A model generated the notes under the pieces. It was not told where the DNA came from. It made no database searches and saw only the letters and a list, made by a program, of their open reading frames with translations. A stretch of 64,000 nucleotides of DNA from an uncultured virus (IMG/VR IMGVR_UViG_3300049442_000166). Lineage: Duplodnaviria > Heunggongvirae > Uroviricota > Caudoviricetes. Position numbers and translations under genes: made by a program. Shown here in pieces: positions 48,556 to 58,402 of this stretch. Location of the stretch: the IMG/VR virus record IMGVR_UViG_3300049442_000166. The stretch is one strand, 5' to 3'. Position 1 is the stretch's first letter. The number at the start of each line of letters is the position of its first letter.

Positions 48556-48601
48556 GCGTATGAACGCAATCACGGAAGCCGCCCACCCAAAGGAGTATCC
48601 C

Positions 48602-48799
48602 ATGATCGTCGAGACCACCGACAACCGCCTCTTCTCCGTCCACGAGATCCCCGAGCCCGACCTCGCCCACGTCTGGTTCGGTATTCCCGTCAAGCGCGCC
48701 AAGATCCGCGGCACTTACGAGGCCCGGGCGAACGCCAAGCCCGAGCTGGTGCGCAAGGAAGGCTCCAAGGTCGTGTCCTCCTTCCGTGTGGAGGTCTGA
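48602..48799 (+). CDS. Hypothetical early protein
   Basis: Preceded by AAGGAGTATCCC. Confidence 0.55.
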   Translation: MIVETTDNRLFSVHEIPEPDLAHVWFGIPVKRAKIRGTYEARANAKPELVRKEGSKVVSSFRVEV

Positions 48800-48802
48800 G
48801 CC

Positions 48803-49006
48803 ATGGCTAACCGCCCCGACATCCACCTCACCTTCCACGGCAGCATTATCATCGCCACCGGCATCACCGAGACCGGCATCGACTGGCTGGAGGAGAACCT
48901 CGAAGCCGGCTCCATGCGCTGGGGCGCAAACGGCTACGCCATCGAGCCGCGCTACATCGGGCAGATCGTCGAGGGCGCCGGCAACGACGGCCTGACCGTG
49001 GACTGA
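48803..49006 (+). CDS. Hypothetical protein
   Basis: 67 aa, GGAGG RBS. Confidence 0.55.
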   Translation: MANRPDIHLTFHGSIIIATGITETGIDWLEENLEAGSMRWGANGYAIEPRYIGQIVEGAGNDGLTVD

Positions 49007-49009
49007 ACG

Positions 49010-49531
49010 TTGATACTCCAGCTGCCCGACACCGCCTACTTGCGCGAATGTTTCACCTACAACCGCAAGACCGGCGCCTTGAGATGGAGGCGTCGGCCGC
49101 GCGAGCATTTCTCCAGCGAGAGGGAGTGGCGCAGACAGTCGTGGCGCAGGGGCACAATAGCTGGCTATATCGATCCTCAGGGTTACCGGATCGTGGTCAT
49201 TGATCAGCAGGCCTACAAAGGCTCTCGCATCATCTGGAAACTACAGACAGGGACCGATCCAAGCGCAGAGATAGATCACAAGAACCGGGACCGCAGCGAC
49301 AACAGGTGGCGGAACCTCCGTCCGGCGACGAGCCAGCAGAACAGGTTCAACCGCCCTGGCTGGACCGATCTCCCCAAGGGGGTTCATCGCCACGGGACGA
49401 AATATACCAGCCGGCCATACATTGACGGTCGCCTTGGCTATCTCGGCAGCTTTGACACACCCGAGGAAGCCCATGCAGCGTATGTCGCATACACTCGCCC
49501 GCTGCACGGCGCGTTCTTCTTCAAGGAGTAG
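49010..49531 (+). CDS. HNH-AP2 homing endonuclease
   Basis: IDHKNRDRSDNRWRNLR; YLGSFDTPEEAHAAY. Confidence 0.9.
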   Translation: MILQLPDTAYLRECFTYNRKTGALRWRRRPREHFSSEREWRRQSWRRGTIAGYIDPQGYRIVVIDQQAYKGSRIIWKLQTGTDPSAEIDHKNRDRSDNRWRNLRPATSQQNRFNRPGWTDLPKGVHRHGTKYTSRPYIDGRLGYLGSFDTPEEAHAAYVAYTRPLHGAFFFKE

Positions 49532-49533
49532 TC

Positions 49534-50712
49534 ATGAGCATCATCACCGTCGGTCCGACCGGCCAGTTCCAGACGATCCACGACGCAGTCGCCGCCGCCT
49601 CCAGTGGCGATACCATCGATGTGGCGGCTGGCACCTACAACAATGACTTCCTGAGCATCCAGAAAAGTCTCGTGTTGCAAGCCGTCGACGGCCAAGTGGT
49701 GATGACAGAGACCACCCAACCGCCGAATGGCAAGGCGATGATAACCGAAGGCGCAGCCGGCATCTCGGTTGCCATCAACGGTTTCACAATCTCAGGGGTT
49801 AGCGTTCCGGACGGCAATGGCGCAGCTGTTAGGTATGAGGGTGGAAACCTCAGCCTGACCAACGATCTGTTCACGCATAACCAAGAGGGCTTGCTGGGCA
49901 ATGGCGATGACCCTAATGGCACCATCAACGTCAGTCACTCGGAGTTCTCGTTCAACGGCGACGGCTCCGGCTTCACCCACAACTTCTACGCTGGCGCTAT
50001 CGCGTCCGTCTCCATCGATGCGTCATACTTCCACGACGCTGTGGTCGGTCACGAGATCAAGTCCCGTGCCGCCAGCACCAACGTGACCAACAGCCGGGTG
50101 TTCGATAACAACGCGACCGCGTCATACTCGATCGACACGCCGAACGGCGGCAACGTCAACATCTCCGGCAACGTGATCGAGCAAGGGCCGCGCAGCGAGA
50201 ACCAGAACATCTTCGCCTGGGGCGAGGAGGGTATCACGCACAACGGCACCGAGACCATCAGCAACAACACCATCGTCAACGACCGCGATGGCGGTGTGGG
50301 CGTGCTATCACCCACGCCAGTTAGTTTCACCGGCAACCAGCTCTGGAACCTCAGCAACCTAGGCACCGTCAATGCCTCCAACAACGTCAACCTCGCCGCG
50401 CGGCCTTCGCTCGACACTTCGGCGATGGCGTTCATCAATCCGACGGACGGCGGCGGTAGTGGCACTGGTGGCAGCACTGGTGGCAGCGGCGATGGCACTG
50501 GGGGCGGTGGTAGCACTCCTCCTCCACCGCCTCCGCCTAGCCTGACGCTGGACGACTACCACGCGATGGTACTCAGCGACTTCCTGGCCTACTTCATGAC
50601 CCACCCCGCGGTGCTCACCGACCAGCAGGCACTCGGCGTGTTCATCGCCGAATACACCAGCCCTACGGTCCTGCTGACCCCACCCCCAGGCGACCTATGG
50701 AGCCACGCATGA
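49534..50712 (+). CDS. Right-handed parallel beta-helix (pectin-lyase fold) protein
   Basis: TI..AV.AA..GDTI.V.AGTY; GHEIKSRA; Asn-ladder repeats. Confidence 0.8.
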   Translation: MSIITVGPTGQFQTIHDAVAAASSGDTIDVAAGTYNNDFLSIQKSLVLQAVDGQVVMTETTQPPNGKAMITEGAAGISVAINGFTISGVSVPDGNGAAVRYEGGNLSLTNDLFTHNQEGLLGNGDDPNGTINVSHSEFSFNGDGSGFTHNFYAGAIASVSIDASYFHDAVVGHEIKSRAASTNVTNSRVFDNNATASYSIDTPNGGNVNISGNVIEQGPRSENQNIFAWGEEGITHNGTETISNNTIVNDRDGGVGVLSPTPVSFTGNQLWNLSNLGTVNASNNVNLAARPSLDTSAMAFINPTDGGGSGTGGSTGGSGDGTGGGGSTPPPPPPPSLTLDDYHAMVLSDFLAYFMTHPAVLTDQQALGVFIAEYTSPTVLLTPPPGDLWSHA

Positions 50713-51017
50713 CGCCAGAGAATGCTGCGCTGCAGCGACAGATCGATACCCTGCGCACCCAAACCCAGATGATGCGCGAGGAGAACGCTGAACTGCGCAA
50801 GCAGATCGTCCAGCGCGACCATTGGATCAAAGACTTGCGGGAGACAGTGGAGGCGCTGCTTCGCCCAGCCCCATCGGAAGCGGCGTGAAAGTGTAAAGCT
50901 AGCCTTACAATTCCTGGTATCCCATTACCGCAAGTGTCGGAACTATTCGATAACTGTTCCCGTCCCGCATCAGCTAGGACAGCATGCGTCATTCCGGCGC
51001 ACACCCCAGGAGAACCC

Positions 51018-51674
51018 ATGCGACACACCCTCCTAGCTGCCACCGCTTTCGCCGCCCTGGCCTACGCTGTCCCGGCGTCCGCCACCCTGATCAGCACCGC
51101 CACCTCAAGCACGGCTGGCCTGAGCACCGGCTGCAACACGACCACAGCCACCGGCCTGCTGACCGCCACCTGCTCCGGCGGCGGCTTCTCGGCCGTTGCC
51201 CTGACAGCATCAGCCCCGCCGCTGCTGGCCGTCCCTGACCTCACGGCGACCACACTGACCGTCACCACCATCCCGTTGGCGGCGGCGACCACGCTCACCG
51301 TCGACATCGCCTCGTCCGGCTTCAGCTTCCCCGGCGGACCGCTCACCGCGCTGCTGACCGTCAACAACCTGATCGGCAACGGCGTCGGGCCGTTCGTGTT
51401 GTCGGCCGTCACCCCCGTCGGAACCGTTACGCACACCTTCACGGGTGCCGGCGCAGCGACCGGTGGCCCCACCGTGTTCCCTGCGTTCACGACTGACAGT
51501 GCACACTTCGTGCTGACCTTCGGCCCCTCCGCAACGGCGCAGTCGATCGATGCCACGATCGAAATCCAGGGCGTCGCCGCGGCGCCGGAGCCTGCCGGCC
51601 TCGCCATCCTCGGCGTCGGCCTGCTCGGTCTGGGCCTCGTGTCCAGTCGCAAGCGTGATCAGTTCTCGCGGTGA
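51018..51674 (+). CDS. PEP-CTERM sorting-domain protein 1
   Basis: Signal peptide (PASA) plus APEPAGLAILGVGLLGLGLVSSRKR. Confidence 0.85.
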   Translation: MRHTLLAATAFAALAYAVPASATLISTATSSTAGLSTGCNTTTATGLLTATCSGGGFSAVALTASAPPLLAVPDLTATTLTVTTIPLAAATTLTVDIASSGFSFPGGPLTALLTVNNLIGNGVGPFVLSAVTPVGTVTHTFTGAGAATGGPTVFPAFTTDSAHFVLTFGPSATAQSIDATIEIQGVAAAPEPAGLAILGVGLLGLGLVSSRKRDQFSR

Positions 51675-51767
51675 CCTAAGACCATCCAGGGGCATCCTCA
51701 CAGCCATCATCATCAGTATGCTGTGCTGGACGCTCCTGGCCCACCTCGTGATAAGGATACTTTCGGA

Positions 51768-52481
51768 ATGAAAAGACTATTGAGTACCACCGCCATCGTC
51801 GCCGGAGCCCTCTGGTTCGGGGTGCCGGCGGCGCATGCCAACATCACCTTCACCCTGGGCAACGTGCCGCAGCAGCCGAGTGAACAGAATATCTTGTTCA
51901 CGAACGGCGAGTCGGGCCTCACGTTGACCGATGGCCAAGTCGATCACACCGGAGCCGGTGTGCTCTTCACGACGCTCGGCAATCCGTTGCAGATTTTGGC
52001 CCAGGCGTCCGGTGGGCAGGCCAAAATCGAGTGTCTCGCGAACTGTATCGACAACAGCGCGATCCACGCCCCCGACAACAACCAGCTCAATTCGATCTCG
52101 ATGCGGGCTGGACTGTTGAACGGCCAACCGACTGCGTGGGGCGATGCCATCATTGACCTGACGAACGGGGTCGGTGATGCGCTGGTGACGGTCACCGACA
52201 ATTTCGGCGCGCCGTTCCACTTCGTGCTAACCAACGGCTCAAACTTCCTGACCATGGTTGCCTCGGGTGGCGAGTTCATCACCCGCATCGACGTGACCAA
52301 CAATGTTCCTGGAGCAGCCTTCGGGTTTACCCAGTTCGATCAGCCACGGGTCAGCGGTCTGTGCACGTTGGTCACCGCGACCAGCTGCACACCGGTCGAG
52401 ACCCCTGAACCGGCATCCCTCGCCTTGCTTGGCGTAGGGCTGCTCGGTACCGCCGCCTTCGCACGGAGGCGCCGGTCCTAG
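51768..52481 (+). CDS. PEP-CTERM protein 2
   Basis: Signal peptide (AAHA) plus TPEPASLALLGVGLLGTAAFARRRR. Confidence 0.9.
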   Translation: MKRLLSTTAIVAGALWFGVPAAHANITFTLGNVPQQPSEQNILFTNGESGLTLTDGQVDHTGAGVLFTTLGNPLQILAQASGGQAKIECLANCIDNSAIHAPDNNQLNSISMRAGLLNGQPTAWGDAIIDLTNGVGDALVTVTDNFGAPFHFVLTNGSNFLTMVASGGEFITRIDVTNNVPGAAFGFTQFDQPRVSGLCTLVTATSCTPVETPEPASLALLGVGLLGTAAFARRRRS

Positions 52482-52622
52482 CCTAGACTATCCCACAGCA
52501 ACTCGGCGGCAGGAGATGAACCCCCTCCTGTCGCCATTTTTCTGCCAACGCCATTCCGACCAGGATCAGCTAAAGTCTGGGTGCGCGCCACTGATCGGGC
52601 GCATGTCTCAGGGGGTCTCGTC

Positions 52623-53276
52623 ATGAAGCACATCCTGTTCGTCACCACGACACTGGCCGCCATGGCCTGGGTCTCGCCGGCCAGCGCCACGCTCGTCAGC
52701 TCCGCCAGCTCGACCACGGCTGGCCTGAGCGCCGGCTGCAACACCACCGACGGCGGCTCCGGCACGTTGACCACATCGTGCAGCGGCGGCGGCTTCTCAG
52801 CCATCGCACTCAGCGCGGGAGGCCCGCCGCTCCTGAGCGTGCCAGACCTCTCAGCCACCACGCTGACCGTCACAACGACACCCCTGGTAGCCGCGACCAC
52901 CCTGACGGTGGATATCGCCTCGTCCGGGTTCAGTTTTGCCGGTGGGCCGCTCAGCGCTCTCTTGACCGTCAATAATCTGATCGGCGCTGGCACTGGTCCG
53001 TTCGTGCTGTCCGCCGTCACCCCGGCCGGCAGCGTCACCAGGACCTTCACAGGCTCTGGCGCCGAGACTGGCGGCCCGACCGTGTTCCCGGCGTTCACCA
53101 CCGACTCGGCGCACTTCGTGCTGACGTTCGCTGCATCCGCGCTGCCGCAGTCGATCGATGCGACGATCGAAATCGTCGGCGCCACGGAAGCATACGAACC
53201 GGGATCGCTCGCGCTGTTCGGCGTCGGGTTGCTCGGTACTGTCGTCCTCTCCCAACGGAGGCGCTGGTTCCTGTGA
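52623..53276 (+). CDS. PEP-CTERM protein 3 (YEP variant), paralogue of protein 1
   Basis: Long near-identical blocks with 51018-51674; AYEPGSLALFGVGLLG..RRR. Confidence 0.85.
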   Translation: MKHILFVTTTLAAMAWVSPASATLVSSASSTTAGLSAGCNTTDGGSGTLTTSCSGGGFSAIALSAGGPPLLSVPDLSATTLTVTTTPLVAATTLTVDIASSGFSFAGGPLSALLTVNNLIGAGTGPFVLSAVTPAGSVTRTFTGSGAETGGPTVFPAFTTDSAHFVLTFAASALPQSIDATIEIVGATEAYEPGSLALFGVGLLGTVVLSQRRRWFL

Positions 53277-53653
53277 GGCGTAAACCGCGGCGCATCGATG
53301 AGGTCACGGCCGGCTTCTACCGCTACCGGCGGGCAAAGAAGGGCCCGTGGATGCCGGCCGTCGTCACCGTCGAGGACGGCATGATTTACGTGGTCGAGGC
53401 CGACGAGACGTTGCAGGTCGGCATCACCGCGGACGCCTACGCCGACATCATCATCCAGGCGACAATGGAGGGCACGGCGTTCGAGCTGAGCCTGCTGCGG
53501 GTCGTGTGGTTCGGCGACCTCATCGACGAGGCTGAGTATCGCCAGATGCTGGAGACGCTGGCCTGGGCGCGGGAGAACCAGCCGGATCACCCGATGCTCC
53601 ATCCAGACGAACCTATCGTGCTGCGCGAGGTGAGGGTCGCTAGTATCTTCTGA
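53273..53653 (+). CDS. Hypothetical protein
   Basis: GFYRYR..K.GPW.PA motif. Confidence 0.55.
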   Translation: MRRKPRRIDEVTAGFYRYRRAKKGPWMPAVVTVEDGMIYVVEADETLQVGITADAYADIIIQATMEGTAFELSLLRVVWFGDLIDEAEYRQMLETLAWARENQPDHPMLHPDEPIVLREVRVASIF

Positions 53654-53709
53654 TTGACGGATGGATACTGATGAGCTATCAGGATACTCCGACCCCACAG
53701 GAGTATCCC
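53654..53709 (+). promoter_or_regulatory. Promoter, operator and SD-sequestering hairpin
   Basis: TTGACG; ctgatgagctatcag at 53668-53682; ggatactcc/ggagtatcc inverted repeat. Confidence 0.65.
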
Positions 53710-54471
53710 ATGTCCCACAGCAACTACCCGATCCCGCCGTCCCCCGAGACCATCAAGGAATGGCTGGCTGAGACGAACACCGCCCTGGTGCAGCGTCGCG
53801 ACGAGCTTCTCGCCGGCTACAAGCGCTTCCTGGAGGCCTATCCCAACGGCATCCCCGACGAGACCGTGCAGGGCCGCGCAGCCGACTTCGCCGGCCCCAA
53901 GGGCATGATGAACACCTTCATCAAGGAGTGCGACACCGGGCACGATGTCGAGAAGAAGCCCTACATCGTCGGCGGCAAAGTCGTCGACGCGTTCTTCGGC
54001 TCGCTGAGCGACCCGGTCGAGCGCTGTCAGAAGGACATGAGAGCCCGCATGACGGTGTTCGCCAACAAACAGGAGGCGGAGCGCCGTGAGGCAGCCCGCC
54101 TGGAGGCTGAGCGGCTCGCCGCCGAGGCTGCCCTGGCCCAGGACGCAGCCATCGATGCGATGACCGAGGAGGCCCTCGACCACGCCATGGTCGTCGCCCA
54201 GGAGGCCGAGGAAGCCGCCGCCCTTGCCCAGGCGTCAGCTGCCGAGTTGAGCCGCACCCGCGGCGAGCTGGGCACGGTGGTGTCGCTGCGCACCCGCTGG
54301 GTGGCGGACTACCGGGCCTCCGACTTGATGAAGCTGGTCAAGGCGGTCGCTGCCGGCGACGCGCCGTTGGCGTACCTCGCGTTCGCCGAGACCCGCATCA
54401 ACTATGCCATCCGGAGCGAAAGGGTTCGTCAGATCCCCGGTGTGGTGATCAAAGAGGAGCGGTCGATATGA
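53710..54471 (+). CDS. Coiled-coil recombination-module protein
   Basis: EKKPY..GG..VDAFF...IPGV.I.EE. Confidence 0.6.
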   Translation: MSHSNYPIPPSPETIKEWLAETNTALVQRRDELLAGYKRFLEAYPNGIPDETVQGRAADFAGPKGMMNTFIKECDTGHDVEKKPYIVGGKVVDAFFGSLSDPVERCQKDMRARMTVFANKQEAERREAARLEAERLAAEAALAQDAAIDAMTEEALDHAMVVAQEAEEAAALAQASAAELSRTRGELGTVVSLRTRWVADYRASDLMKLVKAVAAGDAPLAYLAFAETRINYAIRSERVRQIPGVVIKEERSI

Positions 54472-55076
54472 AGACGCTGTACGTTCAGACCGACACCACC
54501 GGCCGCTACAATTTCCGCGAGCAGATCACCTACACCGAGCAGCCCAATATGGTGCGGCTCGCCTGCCTGATCGCCGACGAGGCCGACATCATCGGCCGCT
54601 GGTGCGTGCTGATCCGCCCCAACAACACCTGGATGGTCGAGGACGATGCGGTCGTCGCGCACGGGGTCACCCTGGAGGAGGGGGTGAGGATCGGCGTGCC
54701 GGTGGAGAACGCGATGGCGCGCTTTGTCGGCTGGCTGGAGGACGTCGAGCGGGTCTGCGCGTTCAACATGGATTTCCACCGCAAGATCCTGGAGCGCTCA
54801 GCGTTCCAGTCCAGGATAGGGTGGTCACGCCTGTTCGACAGCAAGACCATGGCCTGCGCCATGCGCCGGGCGACCGACATCGTGCAGAAGCCCAGGATGA
54901 TGCCGGGCGGCGGGTTCTCGTGGCCGAAACTCGGCGAGGCGTACGCGTTCTTCACCGATCGGGATCTGCCGTCGATGGACATGCCACCCGTCGAGCGCGG
55001 CATCGCCCTGGCGCAGTGCGTGTATGAGATCGACCGCGGCATCATCGACCACCAAAGGAGTACTCCACATGAGTGA
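54468..55076 (+). CDS. DnaQ/DEDD-like 3'-5' exonuclease (catalytic motifs degenerate)
   Basis: QTDTTG, AHGVT, AFNMDF, WPKL.EAY.FF. Confidence 0.6.
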   Translation: MKTLYVQTDTTGRYNFREQITYTEQPNMVRLACLIADEADIIGRWCVLIRPNNTWMVEDDAVVAHGVTLEEGVRIGVPVENAMARFVGWLEDVERVCAFNMDFHRKILERSAFQSRIGWSRLFDSKTMACAMRRATDIVQKPRMMPGGGFSWPKLGEAYAFFTDRDLPSMDMPPVERGIALAQCVYEIDRGIIDHQRSTPHE

Positions 55077-56583
55077 CACCGACAACGAAATGTTCGTGCA
55101 GGAGCGGCCGCGCAACCCGTTCAACACCGGCCAGGAGGTCGCCACACGGCAGGCGCCTTCGCTCGGTGCCTTGGCGTCGGCCGAGCAGCAGAGGGCCCTC
55201 GGCGAGCTTCAGGCGCAGATTATGCTGGCACGCATGAACCCACGCGACCCGCAGCAGGCGATGGACGCCATCCTGCGCGACTGTGGCCGCGTCACCCTGG
55301 CGAGCGTCGCGCAATACGAATACGCACGCGGCGGCACCGACATCAGAGGCCCGTCCATCAAGTTACTGGAAGCGATTGCCCGGCGTTGGGGCAACATCCA
55401 TTCGGGCTTCAAGATCGTCCACACCGAAGGCAACACCAGCGACGTCGTAACGTACGCTTGGGATCTGGAGACCGGCTACAAGGACGACAGGCAGTTCCAG
55501 GTCCGCCACATCCGCGACACGCGCCAAGGTCCGAAGCTGGTGACGGACGAACGCGACATCTACGAGCTGATCGCCAACAGCTCGCAGCGCCGCAAACGGT
55601 CGTGCCTGCAGGCGGTGATCCCATCAGACGTGATCGATGCCGCGGTCGAGCAATGCCAAGAGACGATGAGCGCCAACGTCGACACTTCGGTGGACGGGCT
55701 GAAGAAGCTACTGAAGGCGTTCTCGGAATTCGGCGTCACCCAGGCGCAGATCGAGCAGCGCATCCAGTGCAAGCTGGAGGCAATCAGCCCGGGGCAGGTG
55801 ATGCAGCTGAGCCGCATCTACACCAGCATGCACGACGGCATCTCTGTGCCGAGCCAATGGTTCAGGGCGGTCGATCCGCCGCGGCCGACCCGGCAAAGTC
55901 CAGCCGCCAAGCAGCCAACCCAGACGCCGCCGGCACAGGACACTTCCCAGGTAAAGGGGGATAAGTCGGAAACCCCGACACAGCCCCAGGAGCCGCCCCA
56001 GGAGCCGCCCCAGACGCCTCCGCCGACGCCCCCGACACCGACACCCCCGCCAGCCGAGGAGCCGCCAGCGGAGCCTGAACCCCCGCCAGCGGCAGCGTCC
56101 GAGACTCAGGAGCAGTTCGACTACGCCGTGCTGGATGATACCGGCGAGCCGATCGACGGCGAGACCTATCTCGACCCGCTGGTCTGGGCGCAGCAGTTCC
56201 TGGCCGTCTGGGCCCAGACCCACGACAACGACCGTAACAACTTGCTGTTCCACAACGCCGAGGCTTTGCACGACGCCAAGGCCATGAGCCCCGAGGCCGA
56301 CGCCCTGCTGGACACCCTCGACGAGGAGGACGAGTCGGAAGCCGGAGAGCTGCCGGCCGCAGATCCCGAGGAGACGACCGACCCCGACGAGAAGATCGTC
56401 GCGCACATCCTGCAGCATCTGCCGACACTGAAGACCGGGCAGGAAGTCATCGCCTACAGCAAGACACCCGCGGTGATGGCGCCGATCCAGCGCTGGCAGA
56501 AGGATGGGCGGGAGGGACTGGTGCTGTCGGTCAAGTCCGCGTTCACCACCCGGCTGGAGCGCCTGCGAGTCGGCGGTGCCTGA
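55069..56583 (+). CDS. Putative recombination/ssDNA-annealing protein
   Basis: Y.RGG..I.GPSI.L.E.IAR.WGNI, AWDLET, RDIYE; follows the exonuclease. Confidence 0.5.
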   Translation: MSDTDNEMFVQERPRNPFNTGQEVATRQAPSLGALASAEQQRALGELQAQIMLARMNPRDPQQAMDAILRDCGRVTLASVAQYEYARGGTDIRGPSIKLLEAIARRWGNIHSGFKIVHTEGNTSDVVTYAWDLETGYKDDRQFQVRHIRDTRQGPKLVTDERDIYELIANSSQRRKRSCLQAVIPSDVIDAAVEQCQETMSANVDTSVDGLKKLLKAFSEFGVTQAQIEQRIQCKLEAISPGQVMQLSRIYTSMHDGISVPSQWFRAVDPPRPTRQSPAAKQPTQTPPAQDTSQVKGDKSETPTQPQEPPQEPPQTPPPTPPTPTPPPAEEPPAEPEPPPAAASETQEQFDYAVLDDTGEPIDGETYLDPLVWAQQFLAVWAQTHDNDRNNLLFHNAEALHDAKAMSPEADALLDTLDEEDESEAGELPAADPEETTDPDEKIVAHILQHLPTLKTGQEVIAYSKTPAVMAPIQRWQKDGREGLVLSVKSAFTTRLERLRVGGA

Positions 56584-56866
56584 TCTGCTGGCACCATCCC
56601 TGGTCGAGATGCTGGCCGAGATGGATCGCGATCTGCTTGCCAGGAAACGGGCCTATGGCAACCGAGTCTTCACCCGCCGCCTGACTCACGAACGTGCCGA
56701 GCGACGGCTGGTCCTCGTGCAGGCTATCATCGACAACCTCAGGGCCCAGCTATCGCCAGCACAACTCCAGGCGATCGCCCAGGCCAGGGAGAAAAAGGAG
56801 CGGCTCAAGTCCCAGCGTCGCAAACCGGCGACCAAGGGAACCGCACTGCAGGGGATGGGTTAGTTG

Positions 56867-57760
56867 TTACGCGTAGAAAATTATATAGTTGCAGATAATC
56901 GAGGGCTGCACGTTGTTGCTGCCACCACCACCGAAGTTAGAGATCGTGATGCCGGTCGTCGCATCAGTGATCTGTGCCATGCCTGACTGTACTTTGGACT
57001 CTGGGAAATCGAAGTGGTAGTTGCCCCCGCCTTGTAATCCTCCTCCAGTAAGAGGGTAGCTTATTGCAATCGGCGACATTGTATGAGTGTGACCGGTATC
57101 TGAATGTTTGTGTCCCGGATCGGTTAATGCATGATTATGTGTCTGTAAAAGCTCACTTCCCCCCATAGCCCCGACGGTAGCACCGTCAACCCCGCTGTTG
57201 CCTGAGGTGATCCGCCCGGCAGCGACTCCGCCGAGATTGTCTCTGCCCACCGCCACATTGCCCCTCAAATCTGGAAGGGCATAAGTCGTCGCGCCATCGC
57301 CGGCTCCGAATGTGGTGCCGATGACAGAGAAGAGGACCGAGAACGTGGTGCGTGATATCTCGCTACCGTCGCAGAACAGCCATCCAGATGGTGGGGTGCT
57401 CCCACCGAAAGGTACGATAGCGCCGACAGGGACGTAGCCAGAGATCGAACCGCCGAAGCCGCTAGTAGGAACACCCGAGCAAGGGTCACAATCGTAGATG
57501 ACCGCTCCCGCCGCGTCCTCTAGGCGTAAGCGGTACGCAGGCGCCGCAACGAGGAAGACCTGTGGGAACATTCCCATGCTGTTGGTGACCACGGGATTGG
57601 CATTAGCGATCGTGAGAGACACGTCATTATATGTGCTCTGCAGCGTACCTGTCCCGGTCGCATACGAAAAAAGCTGGGCCCCAACGAGGGGAATGCCGGC
57701 GGCATCAACCACTTGCTGGATAGGGAGCACCAGTCTGTTGCCAATTGCGGTACCGGACAT
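56867..57760 (-). CDS. Tail-collar domain protein
   Basis: PVGAIVPF....PSGWLFCDG..SRTT...LF.VIGT.FG.GDG.TT..LPDLRG; NVQPS. Confidence 0.9.
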   Translation of the reverse strand: MSGTAIGNRLVLPIQQVVDAAGIPLVGAQLFSYATGTGTLQSTYNDVSLTIANANPVVTNSMGMFPQVFLVAAPAYRLRLEDAAGAVIYDCDPCSGVPTSGFGGSISGYVPVGAIVPFGGSTPPSGWLFCDGSEISRTTFSVLFSVIGTTFGAGDGATTYALPDLRGNVAVGRDNLGGVAAGRITSGNSGVDGATVGAMGGSELLQTHNHALTDPGHKHSDTGHTHTMSPIAISYPLTGGGLQGGGNYHFDFPESKVQSGMAQITDATTGITISNFGGGGSNNVQPSIICNYIIFYA

Positions 57761-57853
57761 TCCTTGTATCTCTGCCCTCTAACCTAGTATGATGCGGGAC
57801 GCGCCCGGTAGTGACCCCGGACACGTCCCTAAACCCCGCCATGGAGATGAGCC

Positions 57854-58399
57854 ATGCCGAAGCCTTTCCGTAGTCTACCGCCCCTGATCTTTCTACGCGA
57901 TAGCCTCATATACGAGCCAGAACTCGGCGCGTACAGATGGCAACGGTGGCGCCCACGAGAACACTTCCCAACCCAGAAGGGCTGGAAGACTTTCAATAGG
58001 CTGTTCGGTGGAACGCCAGCCGGGGGTATCGTCCTCGGATATTGGATGATCCACATCAGCGGCAAGAATTACAGGGCGGCGCGGATCGCCTGGATGTTGA
58101 TGACCGGCGAAGATCCTGGCGCCATCGAGATTGATCACATCAACAAAAACAGTGCTGACGACCGCTGGGAAAATCTTCGGTTAGCTACGAGCGCGCAGAA
58201 CTTGCGTAACCGAGGCGTCAACAAGAACAACGGTTCTGGATTGAAGGGCGCCTATCGCCATCGCAAGCAATGGCACTCACAAATCACAGCAGAGGGCGTC
58301 GTTCATTACCTGGGTTCCTTCCCCACCCCTGAGGCCGCCCACGCCGCCTACGTCGAGGCCGCCCGCCGGCTGCACGGCGACTTCGCGCGGGAGGGCTGA
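57854..58399 (+). CDS. HNH-AP2 homing endonuclease
   Basis: IDHIN...DDRWENLR; YLGSF.T.EAAHAAY. Confidence 0.9.
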   Translation: MPKPFRSLPPLIFLRDSLIYEPELGAYRWQRWRPREHFPTQKGWKTFNRLFGGTPAGGIVLGYWMIHISGKNYRAARIAWMLMTGEDPGAIEIDHINKNSADDRWENLRLATSAQNLRNRGVNKNNGSGLKGAYRHRKQWHSQITAEGVVHYLGSFPTPEAAHAAYVEAARRLHGDFAREG

Positions 58400-58402
58400 G
58401 CG

